Positions 48,363 through 58,698 are shown, counted from the stretch's first letter. The stretch is 64,000 nucleotides of DNA from Tolypothrix carrinoi HA7290-LM1 (GCA_019358935.1 JAHHIK010000029.1:8734-72733); one strand, 5' to 3'. Translations and numbers: made by a program. The notes: a model not told the origin generated them from the letters alone.

Positions 48363-51300
48363 TTACGAAGTACGAAGCCGCTTTTTTCTGTTAACAGCTG
48401 CTTTTTGTTTTTCTGCTCTACCACGAATTTCTTTAAAAGAATCTTTTTGGCTTTGATCCTGAATTAAATAGTTAGCTAAAGAACTGATATTTGGGTATTT
48501 GAACAAATCAGTAATTAATACATTTTTAGGAAACAGTTGTTGCAGTTTGCTTTGAACTTGAAGCGCAAGTAGTGAATGACCACCTAAATCAAAGAAATTG
48601 TCATTTATTCCTACTGTTTCTAGATGAAGAACTTCCTGCCAAATCGTTGCAATTGTTTTCTCAACCTCATTGCAAGGTGCAACATGAGCAAAGGCTAAAT
48701 TTGAACTTAAATCCTTGGGTGTTGGCAAAGCCCGACGGTCTAATTTACCATTTGGACTTAACGGTAAAGCGTTAAGCATTATGAAGCTAGAAGGAACCAT
48801 ATATTCGGGTAAGTGTTCCTTTAAATAGTCTCTTAGGCGTTGGGCTAAGTTTCCTGGGTTAATACGTTTATTGCTCCCAAACTGAGAAAAAAGTCGCTCA
48901 TAAAAAGGTGTTTGCTTGAATACTCTTTGATGGTGATAAGATTTGTATTCAAATTCAATTTTTTCTCCATTTATCTTAATTAAGCGTCCTTTAATCTCGT
49001 AGTCAGGGTTTAGATTGTTATCAGACAGTGTTCCTTTACAAAAAGCTTGAATTGTATCTCCTACGGATACTTGAATACCAGGATAAAATACCGGAAAGTA
49101 AACTGGTAACCAACTATATTCATGATCGAGGATATCTATTACTTCTCCTGGAACAGTCTCCAAACTTAACCATAGTAAAAAACCATCTAATCTGGAATCT
49201 TTATTAATAGTGAAACTTACTTCATGACAGTATTCTGGTGCAACAAATCTTGTAAAATCTAAATTTTCAAAATTTTCCACATTGGATATGATATTTGATT
49301 TAGGAAATTTATTAATACATAATCTCAAATCAAATGGATACCCAACTTCTTCAAAAACTTGCTCAGTATAGTATGCTGTTAGCTCAGTAAACCTTGGATT
49401 ATCTAATAATTCATCAGGAAGACAAGCAGGAGCAATTTTAGTTATAGCTTTAAAGGGTATCATGACACCATCTTGTTTTAAAAATCTTCTAGCGTCATTA
49501 AGAATTACTGTCACACCTTCAGAACCAGCTATTGTCCCCATTATTTCTGAGACACATATATCAGCGAGTTCTGGTAAATTCACTTGGGTTGCATCCCCAT
49601 GAATTAAAGTTATTTTGTCTGACAAGCCTAAGTTATTGATATTAGCTTCTGCTTGACGATACGCTTCCTCGCCAATCTCAATTGCATAGACTTTCTTTGC
49701 ACCTGCTTCTACACAAAATCTCGACAATATCGCATCTTTACCTGTACCAATTTCAACAACTACTTTATCTTTTACTAGCTGATTTATAGCAACTTTATAG
49801 CTATGATTCCTCAAATAATCATTGGTCATAGCGTAGTATAAGAATTCGTCGTAGACTGGGTATTCTCCTACAGATGGCCATAGTTCGATTTGGTCTTTTT
49901 GTTGGTTGTCCTGTTCACTTAATAAGTTGCCCTGTCTCTTTTCAGGAACAATATAAGCTACTAAGCGCTTATTTCCAGACACATCTTCCCTGTCCATAAC
50001 CACACTCTCTTGAACATCTGAGTGTTGATTCAACAATGCCTCAATTTCCCCTAGTTCGATGCGGAAGCCACGAATTTTTACTTGATAGTCAATACGCCCT
50101 AAAAACTCAATGTTTCCATCTAATCGGTAGCGAACTAAGTCGCCTGTCTGATAAAGACGCGCTCCTGCTTCTGTAGTATAGGGATTGGGTATAAACTTTT
50201 CTGCTGTTAATTCCGGTCGGTTGCGGTAGCCTCTTGCTACACCCATACCTCCAATATAAAGTTCTCCTGGAACACCTATCGGAACCAATTCCAGAGATGA
50301 ATCTAGTATATAGGTCTGAATGTTATTAATTGGTTTTCCAATTGGCAACTCACATCCCACAGTTTTAAGAGATGTTACTGTTGATAAATCGCACATTGTT
50401 GCAGAAATTGTCGTTTCTGTAGGGCCGTAGCAATTAACGAGTCGTACTTGTTCCCCTACCTGCTGCTGCCATATTTTTAAACGCGAAGGATCAGCTTTTT
50501 CGCCACCAATGAGAACTAATCGCACTGTTACAGGTAGTACTAAATTTCCCGTAGACAATTCATCTGTTAGCTGATGCCAAAAGCTAGTAGGTAAGTCAAG
50601 TATTGTAAGTTCCAAATTATTACACTGATACAGGAACTCCGATATGGAACTCAACATTTGATCAGTTCGTAGTATTAAGGTTGCACCTTGCAATAAACAC
50701 GAAAATATTTCTTCGGCAGCTACATCAAAACTAATTGAAGTAAATTGTAGAATGCGATCGCTCGACTTCAGCGCAAACTCTATACATGTAGTATTAATAT
50801 AAGTACTCAAGGAGCGATGCTGAATCATTACCCCTTTGGGTGTTCCCGTTGAACCAGATGTATAAATTAGATAGGCTAGGTTTTCAGGTTGTGTCTGATT
50901 AATCGGATTGTCCTGGCTGTTCTCAGCAATGGTCTGCCAGTCTGTATCTAAGCAAATGACTTGAGATTGATGTTCGGGGAGTGCATCGCATTGTACTGAC
51001 GTAGTTAGTAAAACTGACACTTGGGCATCCTTTAACATCAAAGCCAGACGTTCTTTTGGGTAAGCAGTATCTAAAGGTAGATATGCACCTCCGGCTTTGA
51101 GGATTGCCAGCAGTCCAACCACCATCTCTAAAGAGCGCTGTATGCAGATTCCCACTAAAACTTCTGGTCTAACTCCCAAAGTTTTGAGATAGTGCGCTAG
51201 TTGATTCGCTCGCTGATTTAATTCTTTATAAGTTAAATGTTGGTTGTCAAAAACCACCGCAACTGCATTTGGTGTTCGTTCTACCTGTACTTCAAACAGT

Positions 51301-54300
51301 TGATGAATGCATTGTTCAATCTTAGATTGAAAATTTGGTATTTGGAATTTATTTGTACTAAATTCTAGTAACTCTTTACAATCTGCCTCGCTCAAAAGTG
51401 GTAAATTGGATAGCCGAGCTTGAGGATTAGTAGCAATACCTGAGAGCAAATTCTGAAAGTGTCTCAGCATTTTAGCGATGGTGGCAGCATCAAACAAGTC
51501 AGTATTGTATTCAAATGAAGCCATCACAGCTTTCTGTGTAATGTTAATAGAGACACTCAAATCAAACTGCGCTGTTTCGGTTTCTATTTTTACCGAACTC
51601 AACGTCAGACTAGGTATCTCTGGTAACTGTGAGTAATCCTGGATACTGAACATAACTTGAAACAGCGGTGTGCGACTTGTGTCCCGTTCTGGTTGCACTG
51701 CTTCTACCAGTTGGTCAAACGGCAAATCCTGGTGTGTATAGGCTCCTAAAGCCACCTTTCTTACCCGCGTCAGCAACTCATCAAAAGTCGGGTTGCCGCT
51801 CATATCTGTACGTAGTACCAAGGTATTGACAAAAAAGCCAATTAATCCTTTTACTTCATCACGATTGCGATTAGCGACAGGTGTTCCTACAGCAATATCA
51901 TCTTGTCCTGTGTAACGGTAGAGAAAAGTCCCAAATGCTGCCAATAGCAACATAAATAAAGTTACACCTTCTTGACGAGCGATCGCCTTCAATTGCTTAA
52001 TTACTACTTCAGACAACTCAATAGATTGTTGAGCACCGTGTGAGGTTTGTACCGCAGGTCGTGGTCGGTCAGTGGGTAGTTGTAATGCTGCTGGTATACC
52101 CTCAAGTTGTTGCTTCCAGTAAGAGAGTTGAGTTTGCAAAATTTCTCCTTGCAACCATTGTCTCTGCCAGTGTGCAAAGTCTTTGTACTGGATAGAGATT
52201 TTTGGTAGAGGTGAAGAAGTTCCGGCTAAGAATGCTTTGTACAGTGATGCCATCTCCTGTAAAAATACCTCAGTAGACCAGCCATCAGAGATTATGTGGT
52301 GCATCTCCAGTAAAAGAATATGCTCTTGCGGTGCTAAACGCAAAAGTTTAGCACGTAACAACAGTCCCTGAGTAAGGTCGAAAGGTTGTTGACTTTGTTC
52401 AGTCAAGAATTGCTCGACTGCGGCATCTCCCTGTGATTCTATACTTTTTTGATAATCTATTACTGATAAAGATAATTTTAGGGAAGCAGCAATAATTTGC
52501 ATCGGCTGCCCGTTGACTGTAGTAAAAGTGGTTCTGAGAGTTTCATGTCGCCGGATAATTTCATTAAGACTTTGTTCTAGTAAAGTAACCTCAAGCTCAC
52601 CTTTGAGATTAACAGCTAAGGAAATGTTGTAAGCTGGGTTACCTGGTTCCAAACGGTCGAGGAACCATAGTCGTTGCTGGGCAAAAGACAAAGGATAAAC
52701 TTCGGCTTTCTGGACTTGGCTAAGAGATTCTCTTGGTATGAAAGCCTCTGCTGTTATTTGAGCGAGTATCTTAGTGACGAGCGATCGCGTACTCATCCCT
52801 TCAAAGAAGTCTGCTACAGATACTTCTACTTCTAAATCAACCTCAATCCGGTTTTTCAACTCAAATACTTTTAAAGAATCAAGTCCCAGAGTGCTTAATG
52901 GTTCTTCAGGACTGATATCATCTGGTGCGATCGCCAAAACTCTCGCTTCCTGTTCCATCAGATATGATTCTAAAAGTGCTTGACATTCCCTTGGGGAGAG
53001 TGCCAAAAGTTGAGAACGCTGTAATCGAGTTTCCTCTCTGACAATATTGCTACTTTTCAGAATATTGCTGACAACTACATTCAGTTCGCCATTCTGATAT
53101 TGAGCGTGAGTTGCACGTCGTTGAATCTTACCACTGGAAGTTTTGGGGATACTACCTGGTTTAATTAAAACAACTGCATAAACTTGTACCTCATGCTCTT
53201 CAGTAACCGCTTGGCGAATTGCACTTGCTACTTTTTCTAAATTAGGTTTAGCGCGAAACTCCAATTCTTGTACAACTACGAGCTTTTCTTCATTGCTAAC
53301 TTCAACTGTAAATGCTGCATTAGCACCGGGACGCAAGGATGGATGGCTGCTTTCTGCGGTTAATTCTATATCCTGCGGGTAAAGATTGCGACCTCGAATA
53401 ATAATTAAATCTTTGGCTCTACCTGTGATGAAAAGCTCCCCATTCTGCAAAAAACCTAAATCCCCCGTCCGCAGAAATGGTCCTTCTCCTGTATCTGATA
53501 GATAAGCGTGGAATGTCTCCTCTGTCTCCTCTTCACGATTCCAATAACCTTGACCAACACTCAATCCAGATACCCAGATTTCCCCGATTTCACCTGGTTG
53601 ACAACTCTTGAGTGTTTCCGGATTGGCAATTACTACCTTCTGTTCTGGTATGACTCGACCGCAGCTGACAAAATGGTAAACGTTATCATCTTCAACAGAT
53701 GATTCAACAACTCGATTCGATTCTAATGCAGATTTCTGGATTGCTTTAACAATCGGTGATGTAGCCTTTTGCACACCGGAAACCATCAGAGTTGTTTCAG
53801 CCATTCCGTAACAGGGGTAGAATGCCTCTTTACGGAAGCCACACTCTGCAAAAGCCACTGCAAACCGCTCTAAAGTATCGTGGCGAATCGGTTCAGCTCC
53901 ATTAAATGCTACACTCCAACTACTCAAGTCAAGAGTTGCTTTTTGTTCCGGAGTAATTTTTTGCACACATAGATCGTAGGCAAAATTCGGACCTCCGCTT
54001 GTTGTCCCTTGATACTTGGAGATAGCCTGCAACCAACGATAAGGACGTTGGAGAAAGGAAGCTGGAGGCATGATAATGCAAGGAAAACCTCCATACAAAG
54101 GTTGCAATATGCCACCAATCAGACCCATATCATGGTACATCGGCAGCCACGTCACGAACTTACTTTCTGCTGAATGCTCCATGAATTGGTAAGTGGTGTC
54201 AGCATTGTGCAATAGGTTCCCATGACTAATCATTACACCCTTGGGTGTCCCCGTAGAACCAGAGGTATATTGCAGAAAAGCTAAAGTATCTTTATTAATA

Positions 54301-54845
54301 GAGGGTTCTTGCCAACTATCTTCTATTCCCTGTGCAAGATTGTCGGTAGTTAGCCATTGTAACGATCCTAGGTCAGTCTTTTCTGTCATTAAAGACTCTA
54401 CTGTAGGCAATATTTCCGTTGTCGTCAGAGCGATCGCTGCTTGTGCCGAAGTAGAAATCGCCTTTATTCTCGGTGTATTGCGCTGATTTCTGGGAGGATA
54501 TGCAGTTACAGCCACAACTCCCGCATATAAGCAACCGAAAAAAGCAACTAAAAAATCTAGTCCTGCTGGATAAAGCAGTAAAGCGCGTTCCCCAGTCAAA
54601 CCCAATGCTTGTAATTGAGCAGCTACTCTGCGCGATCGCCTGTCTAATTCCTGATAGGTTAGCGTTACTTCTTCTGTTTCCCCATCTAACAAGAAGATAA
54701 AAGCATCTCGATTCGGCTGGGTAGAGCTTGCTTTACGCAAGAGTTCAACAACTGTAGAACAGTTGCGTAAAGCAAGCGCGTCGTTGGCGTAGCCTCTCGT
54801 AGAGAAGACATCGCTTTCTTGAAAGCTATGAGAATATTGATTCAT
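48363..54845 (-). CDS. Starter NRPS: FAAL-ACP-C-A(basic amino acid, interrupted by a methyltransferase)-PCP
   Basis: FAAL LQYTSGSTG/WLPMYHDMGLIG/PCYGMAE; ACP GLDSL; C HHIISDG; code about DVEDLGCISK; MT insert at about 48870-49890; PCP GGHSL; ATG at 54845 preferred over GTG at 54866. Confidence 0.95.
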   Translation of the reverse strand: MNQYSHSFQESDVFSTRGYANDALALRNCSTVVELLRKASSTQPNRDAFIFLLDGETEEVTLTYQELDRRSRRVAAQLQALGLTGERALLLYPAGLDFLVAFFGCLYAGVVAVTAYPPRNQRNTPRIKAISTSAQAAIALTTTEILPTVESLMTEKTDLGSLQWLTTDNLAQGIEDSWQEPSINKDTLAFLQYTSGSTGTPKGVMISHGNLLHNADTTYQFMEHSAESKFVTWLPMYHDMGLIGGILQPLYGGFPCIIMPPASFLQRPYRWLQAISKYQGTTSGGPNFAYDLCVQKITPEQKATLDLSSWSVAFNGAEPIRHDTLERFAVAFAECGFRKEAFYPCYGMAETTLMVSGVQKATSPIVKAIQKSALESNRVVESSVEDDNVYHFVSCGRVIPEQKVVIANPETLKSCQPGEIGEIWVSGLSVGQGYWNREEETEETFHAYLSDTGEGPFLRTGDLGFLQNGELFITGRAKDLIIIRGRNLYPQDIELTAESSHPSLRPGANAAFTVEVSNEEKLVVVQELEFRAKPNLEKVASAIRQAVTEEHEVQVYAVVLIKPGSIPKTSSGKIQRRATHAQYQNGELNVVVSNILKSSNIVREETRLQRSQLLALSPRECQALLESYLMEQEARVLAIAPDDISPEEPLSTLGLDSLKVFELKNRIEVDLEVEVSVADFFEGMSTRSLVTKILAQITAEAFIPRESLSQVQKAEVYPLSFAQQRLWFLDRLEPGNPAYNISLAVNLKGELEVTLLEQSLNEIIRRHETLRTTFTTVNGQPMQIIAASLKLSLSVIDYQKSIESQGDAAVEQFLTEQSQQPFDLTQGLLLRAKLLRLAPQEHILLLEMHHIISDGWSTEVFLQEMASLYKAFLAGTSSPLPKISIQYKDFAHWQRQWLQGEILQTQLSYWKQQLEGIPAALQLPTDRPRPAVQTSHGAQQSIELSEVVIKQLKAIARQEGVTLFMLLLAAFGTFLYRYTGQDDIAVGTPVANRNRDEVKGLIGFFVNTLVLRTDMSGNPTFDELLTRVRKVALGAYTHQDLPFDQLVEAVQPERDTSRTPLFQVMFSIQDYSQLPEIPSLTLSSVKIETETAQFDLSVSINITQKAVMASFEYNTDLFDAATIAKMLRHFQNLLSGIATNPQARLSNLPLLSEADCKELLEFSTNKFQIPNFQSKIEQCIHQLFEVQVERTPNAVAVVFDNQHLTYKELNQRANQLAHYLKTLGVRPEVLVGICIQRSLEMVVGLLAILKAGGAYLPLDTAYPKERLALMLKDAQVSVLLTTSVQCDALPEHQSQVICLDTDWQTIAENSQDNPINQTQPENLAYLIYTSGSTGTPKGVMIQHRSLSTYINTTCIEFALKSSDRILQFTSISFDVAAEEIFSCLLQGATLILRTDQMLSSISEFLYQCNNLELTILDLPTSFWHQLTDELSTGNLVLPVTVRLVLIGGEKADPSRLKIWQQQVGEQVRLVNCYGPTETTISATMCDLSTVTSLKTVGCELPIGKPINNIQTYILDSSLELVPIGVPGELYIGGMGVARGYRNRPELTAEKFIPNPYTTEAGARLYQTGDLVRYRLDGNIEFLGRIDYQVKIRGFRIELGEIEALLNQHSDVQESVVMDREDVSGNKRLVAYIVPEKRQGNLLSEQDNQQKDQIELWPSVGEYPVYDEFLYYAMTNDYLRNHSYKVAINQLVKDKVVVEIGTGKDAILSRFCVEAGAKKVYAIEIGEEAYRQAEANINNLGLSDKITLIHGDATQVNLPELADICVSEIMGTIAGSEGVTVILNDARRFLKQDGVMIPFKAITKIAPACLPDELLDNPRFTELTAYYTEQVFEEVGYPFDLRLCINKFPKSNIISNVENFENLDFTRFVAPEYCHEVSFTINKDSRLDGFLLWLSLETVPGEVIDILDHEYSWLPVYFPVFYPGIQVSVGDTIQAFCKGTLSDNNLNPDYEIKGRLIKINGEKIEFEYKSYHHQRVFKQTPFYERLFSQFGSNKRINPGNLAQRLRDYLKEHLPEYMVPSSFIMLNALPLSPNGKLDRRALPTPKDLSSNLAFAHVAPCNEVEKTIATIWQEVLHLETVGINDNFFDLGGHSLLALQVQSKLQQLFPKNVLITDLFKYPNISSLANYLIQDQSQKDSFKEIRGRAEKQKAAVNRKKRLRTS
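54768..54809. repeat. 42-bp (2 x 21, apparently nested) small dispersed repeat inserted in a HIP1 site
   Basis: GCG(54765-67)+42 bp+ATCGC(54810-14); removal restores GCGATCGC and the frame (QESD|RNCS). Confidence 0.75.
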
Positions 54846-55380
54846 TTTTTCGACAGCTAGATGCACCCTAACACACTACTCATCTGACTCTCACTCTCAC
54901 AAGAGAAAAATAAGCAGCAAATCCTTAATAATAACACAAAGTCTCAGCTTTGTTTGTCTACGCACGATTATAAATTACTAGGTTCTGTATTTTTGCCAGA
55001 TGCCTAAAATCCGAGAATTTCGGAGATAACACTAAATATTGATGCGATCAACAAACTTAATGTTAGTTTAACTATTGTTCAATCTGACTGTAGAGGCAGT
55101 TAATACTGTCCCTGTAATCGTGAAAATATGCCTAAAAGCATATGTTTTTATGAGATTTATCACGTTATGGAGTATTTTCATCACATACCTCCTCTGATTA
55201 CTACTTCTCATCTACGAGACTTATTAATCTCAAAATCTCAAGTTTAGTAGTCAACTAAACTAAGGTTGCTTAGTCGAGTTGGAAAAGATATTTACTTCCT
55301 TAATTGTAGGTCTCGACCATTGATTATTAGTTCAGCCAACCACCAATAGCACCTAAATGCTAATACTAGCGACTTGTTTA

Positions 55381-55397
55381 TTGCAAATATTTCTCAA
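55381..55397. promoter_or_regulatory. Putative Fur-box-like site
   Basis: ttgcaaatatttctcaa, imperfect AT-rich inverted repeat in the divergent intergenic region. Confidence 0.45.
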
Positions 55398-55471
55398 CTT
55401 TGTTGAAATTATTTTTTATTTAACCTTAATTACTTTAACGAGAATTAGTAGCTTTAGCAATAGGACATACA

Positions 55472-55488
55472 TTGCGATTCATTATCAA
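55472..55488. promoter_or_regulatory. Putative Fur box
   Basis: Reverse strand TTGATAATGAATCGCAA, close to the 7-1-7 consensus TGATAATnATTATCA. Confidence 0.6.
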
Positions 55489-55836
55489 AACACTCCTATT
55501 CATCAAGTTGACTTATTTCTAGTTTTTTTCTATCTTTCGGTAGATGACAAGCCATCCTTTTTTTATACTTTGCCTCAAGTCAGAATCTAAATTCTGCATG
55601 GGGCTACATTAATTTCGTCTTATTCGGCACAAATCCGTAATTAAAGAAGCTATTTTGGCTTGATTCCATACTTGTTGAGGAGGTAGTTTTAACTACATAT
55701 CACCATCTCCAGTAATGTGTCAAGCAAGTACCTGGCTTAAGAATAACTGCTGCTTGGCATCCATTAATTAAGATAATTTATTAACTATCTTGTGTCTTGG
55801 GTTACTTCATAATATTATTAAACTAATTTCAACTTA

Positions 55837-55855
55837 AATGATAATTGCTTTCACT
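55837..55855. promoter_or_regulatory. Putative Fur box upstream of the TonB receptor
   Basis: aatgataattgctttcact, about 60 bp upstream of the start codon. Confidence 0.6.
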
Positions 55856-55915
55856 AATTGTCTTGTATTTTCGGGTACGACTGAATAGTGCTATTGAGTG
55901 TGTGTGAGGGGATAG

Positions 55916-58684
55916 ATGAAGTTAGATAAATTGTTTCAAAGCCTGCTGCTGACAGGTGCGGTTGTTCTTTTGGTCGGCACTCCTGCGACATGTGAGGAAG
56001 TACGAGAAGATAAAATAGGCAAATCTTCTACCCAGACGGTAGGGAAATCTATAGATGATAAAGTTGCAGTTACAGATACAAAATCTCCAGTATCCGCTCA
56101 AAGGAACAGAAAGCCCCGACATTTCCAGTCTCAAATAGCAAGTTCTCTGGGTCGGGTAAAGTCGGATGAATCCAGTAAAAACATTCCCCAACTGAGTGAA
56201 ATCGAGCTTCCCGCGACTAGCGCTAAAATGCTGGTACAGACCCCAACACCAAGCCCAGCACCTGCAACTCAAGTTGTACCAATAACGTCCGTGAAAGCAA
56301 ATCCCACTCCCCAAGGTGTGGAGGTGATTTTAGAGACAACCCAAGGGAATCAACTGCAAGTAGCAAATCGCAGTGCAGGTAACAATTTTATTGTTGATAT
56401 AACTGGCGGGCAGTTGCGGTTAGCTTCGGGCGATGCTTTCACATTTCGTTCCGAGAAACCGCTTGCGGGAATTACTGAGATAACAGTTGCGAATGTTGAC
56501 GCAAATACTGTGCGGGTGACGGTGGTAGGTGAGAAGGCTTTGCCCACAGTTGAGCTATTTGATGATAATGCAGGGCTGGTTTTTGCTGTAGCATCTACAG
56601 AAACCGCAACACAACCACCCCAAACACCGCCAGCAGAAGAAAAGCCAGTAACTGAGACACCGCAGGAGAAACCACTTGACTCGCAGCAGGATGAGCCGAT
56701 TGAGTTGGTAGTGACGGGTGAACAGGATGGCTATCGCGTTCCCAATGCCTCAACTGCTACAAGAACCGACACACCGTTGCGTGATATTCCCCAGTCGATT
56801 CAGGTCATACCGCAACAGGTCATTAAAGACCAGCAATCAACTCGCCTAACAGAAGTGTTAAAAAATGCGCCCGGTGTCGTGGTAGGAAATCGAAGCCCTC
56901 GCGATCCTCTCAATATCATCAAAATTCGGGGCTTTGATGCTACTTATGATACTCTACTCAATGGGGTACAAGACCGTTCAATCGGGAATGTCGGGTTTGG
57001 CTCAAATATTGATCGGGTTGAAGTCCTCAAAGGACCCGCTTCGGTTTTGTTCGGTCAAGGTGGACTTGGCGGCAGGGTCAATTTGGTAACAAAGCAGCCA
57101 TTGCGCGATCCGTTCTACTCCGTGGAAGCCTCTGCTGGCAGCTACAATTTCTATAATGGTGCAATTGATTTATCCGGTCCGTTGAATGATAGTAAAACGG
57201 TGTTGTATCGCCTGAATGCTTCTGCTGGAACAAACGAAAGCTTTATTGATTTCTATGAGCAACAGCAATATCTAATTGCACCTACTTTAAGCTGGCAAAT
57301 TAGTGATAGAACAAAGCTGACCCTAGAAGCAAGCTATTCCCTTATAGAGGGATCCTATGATTTTGGGATACCCGCACGGGGAAGCATACTGCCTAACCCC
57401 AATGGCAAAATTCCTCGTAATCGTTCAGTGAGTGAGCCTAATTTGAATGACACCTCTAACGGTGTATTCCGGGTTGGCTATAATTTGGAACATCGCTTTA
57501 GCGATAACTGGCAAGCGCGGAGCGTTTTTCAGACTTCTTTGTTTAGGCTCAGACGAGATACTGTGTTTTCTTTCGGATTACAAGATGATTTGCGTACCTT
57601 AGAAAGAGGCGTTGAGAATTTTGACTACGATGAAAATTTTTATAATCTAGACAATTTTGTGGTCGGCAAGTTTGCAACAGGTAGTATCAAGCATGAGCTA
57701 GTCGCTGGATTTAACCTGAATAGAAATGACACTAATTCCAAAAGTCTTTTCAATGACACTACTCCTCTCGATGTTTTCAATCCTGTTTATGGAACTGCTA
57801 CAGCAGCTAGTACTCCAGATTTTGATATCGAAAATACGTTGCAACAATTAGGTTTTTATCTTCAAGATCAAATTACCCTAGCAGAAAACTTCAAAGTACT
57901 TTTGGGTGGACGCTTTGATATTGCCAATCAAGAGGCTAAGGATTTAATTGCCCAAACAAACGACTTTAAGCAAACAGAAGCTTTTAGCCCTCGTGTTGGC
58001 ATTGTTTACCAGCCGATTAAACCGATCTCACTCTACGCCAGCTATAGTCGTTCATTCAATCAGGCGGTATCTACATTCGGTCCAGCTCTACCGGAACCGG
58101 AGCGAGGAACGCAGTATGAAATCGGGGTTAAAGCAGATTTGACTGACCGATTAGCTACAACCTTGGCATTTTATGATTTGACTCGCACCAATCTCTCAAC
58201 CACAGATCCAAACAATCCACAACGAACTATTCAAGTTGGGGAACAGCGCAGTCGTGGGATTGAGTTTGATATTTCTGGCGAAATCTTGCCAGGGTGGAAT
58301 ATCATTGCTGGCTATGCCTACACTGATGCAGTAATTACAGAAGACAATGATTTACCAGTAGGTAATCTGCTGAATAATGTGCCAAGACATGCGCTCAACC
58401 TATGGACAACTTACGAAATTCAATCCGGTAGTTTAAAAGGATTAGGCTTCGGTTTAGGAGCTTTTTACTACGGAGATCGGCAAGCCGACTTAGCCAACAC
58501 GGCTGAGTTACCTAGTTATATACGCACAGATGCAGCTATTTATTATAAGGGGGACAATTACCGAGCTGCGATCAATATCAAGAATTTGTTCGACACTGAT
58601 TATTTTGTCTCTGCACAAAACGTGAATCGGATTATACCTGGCGATCCCCTGACAATACAGGGTACAATTTCCTGGCAGTTTTGA
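55916..58684 (+). CDS. TonB-dependent siderophore receptor with N-terminal AMIN domain
   Basis: Signal peptide, AMIN-like region, IELVVTG TonB box, plug RDIPQSIQV/IRGF/VEVLKGPASVLFG, C-terminal NLFD...ISWQF. Confidence 0.96.
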   Translation: MKLDKLFQSLLLTGAVVLLVGTPATCEEVREDKIGKSSTQTVGKSIDDKVAVTDTKSPVSAQRNRKPRHFQSQIASSLGRVKSDESSKNIPQLSEIELPATSAKMLVQTPTPSPAPATQVVPITSVKANPTPQGVEVILETTQGNQLQVANRSAGNNFIVDITGGQLRLASGDAFTFRSEKPLAGITEITVANVDANTVRVTVVGEKALPTVELFDDNAGLVFAVASTETATQPPQTPPAEEKPVTETPQEKPLDSQQDEPIELVVTGEQDGYRVPNASTATRTDTPLRDIPQSIQVIPQQVIKDQQSTRLTEVLKNAPGVVVGNRSPRDPLNIIKIRGFDATYDTLLNGVQDRSIGNVGFGSNIDRVEVLKGPASVLFGQGGLGGRVNLVTKQPLRDPFYSVEASAGSYNFYNGAIDLSGPLNDSKTVLYRLNASAGTNESFIDFYEQQQYLIAPTLSWQISDRTKLTLEASYSLIEGSYDFGIPARGSILPNPNGKIPRNRSVSEPNLNDTSNGVFRVGYNLEHRFSDNWQARSVFQTSLFRLRRDTVFSFGLQDDLRTLERGVENFDYDENFYNLDNFVVGKFATGSIKHELVAGFNLNRNDTNSKSLFNDTTPLDVFNPVYGTATAASTPDFDIENTLQQLGFYLQDQITLAENFKVLLGGRFDIANQEAKDLIAQTNDFKQTEAFSPRVGIVYQPIKPISLYASYSRSFNQAVSTFGPALPEPERGTQYEIGVKADLTDRLATTLAFYDLTRTNLSTTDPNNPQRTIQVGEQRSRGIEFDISGEILPGWNIIAGYAYTDAVITEDNDLPVGNLLNNVPRHALNLWTTYEIQSGSLKGLGFGLGAFYYGDRQADLANTAELPSYIRTDAAIYYKGDNYRAAINIKNLFDTDYFVSAQNVNRIIPGDPLTIQGTISWQF

Positions 58685-58698
58685 TTAATCAGATACCC

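Larger units (their letters stand above)
1..54845 (-). other. Hybrid FAAL-initiated NRPS/cis-AT PKS biosynthetic gene cluster (incomplete; continues beyond window start)
   Basis: 17 co-oriented minus-strand genes with short spacers encoding FAAL, C, A, PCP, E, KS, AT, KR, MT and ACP domains plus precursor-supply and tailoring enzymes; no thioesterase or reductase release domain in the window. Confidence 0.97.

Noticed and set aside
51318..51352. Degenerate heptamer-like run (KFQIPNFQSKI) in a C-A linker
   Set aside because: Too degenerate to call a tandem repeat with confidence
2038..54700. Numerous 60-130 aa ORFs antisense or out-of-frame within the NRPS/PKS genes
   Set aside because: Shadow ORFs overlapping long motif-rich genes; their mutual similarity simply mirrors conserved KS and A domains
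1..54845. Assignment to cyanochelin, anachelin, hassallidin, puwainaphycin or anabaenolysin clusters
   Set aside because: Single components are shared (FAAL, GT, hydroxylase, oxygenase), but module order, A-domain codes and the hydroxymalonyl cassette do not fit those structures as I recall them; a database search is still needed
55357..55590. 77-aa hydrophobic ORF in the divergent intergenic region
   Set aside because: AT-rich composition, no recognisable motif, and it overlaps the putative Fur boxes
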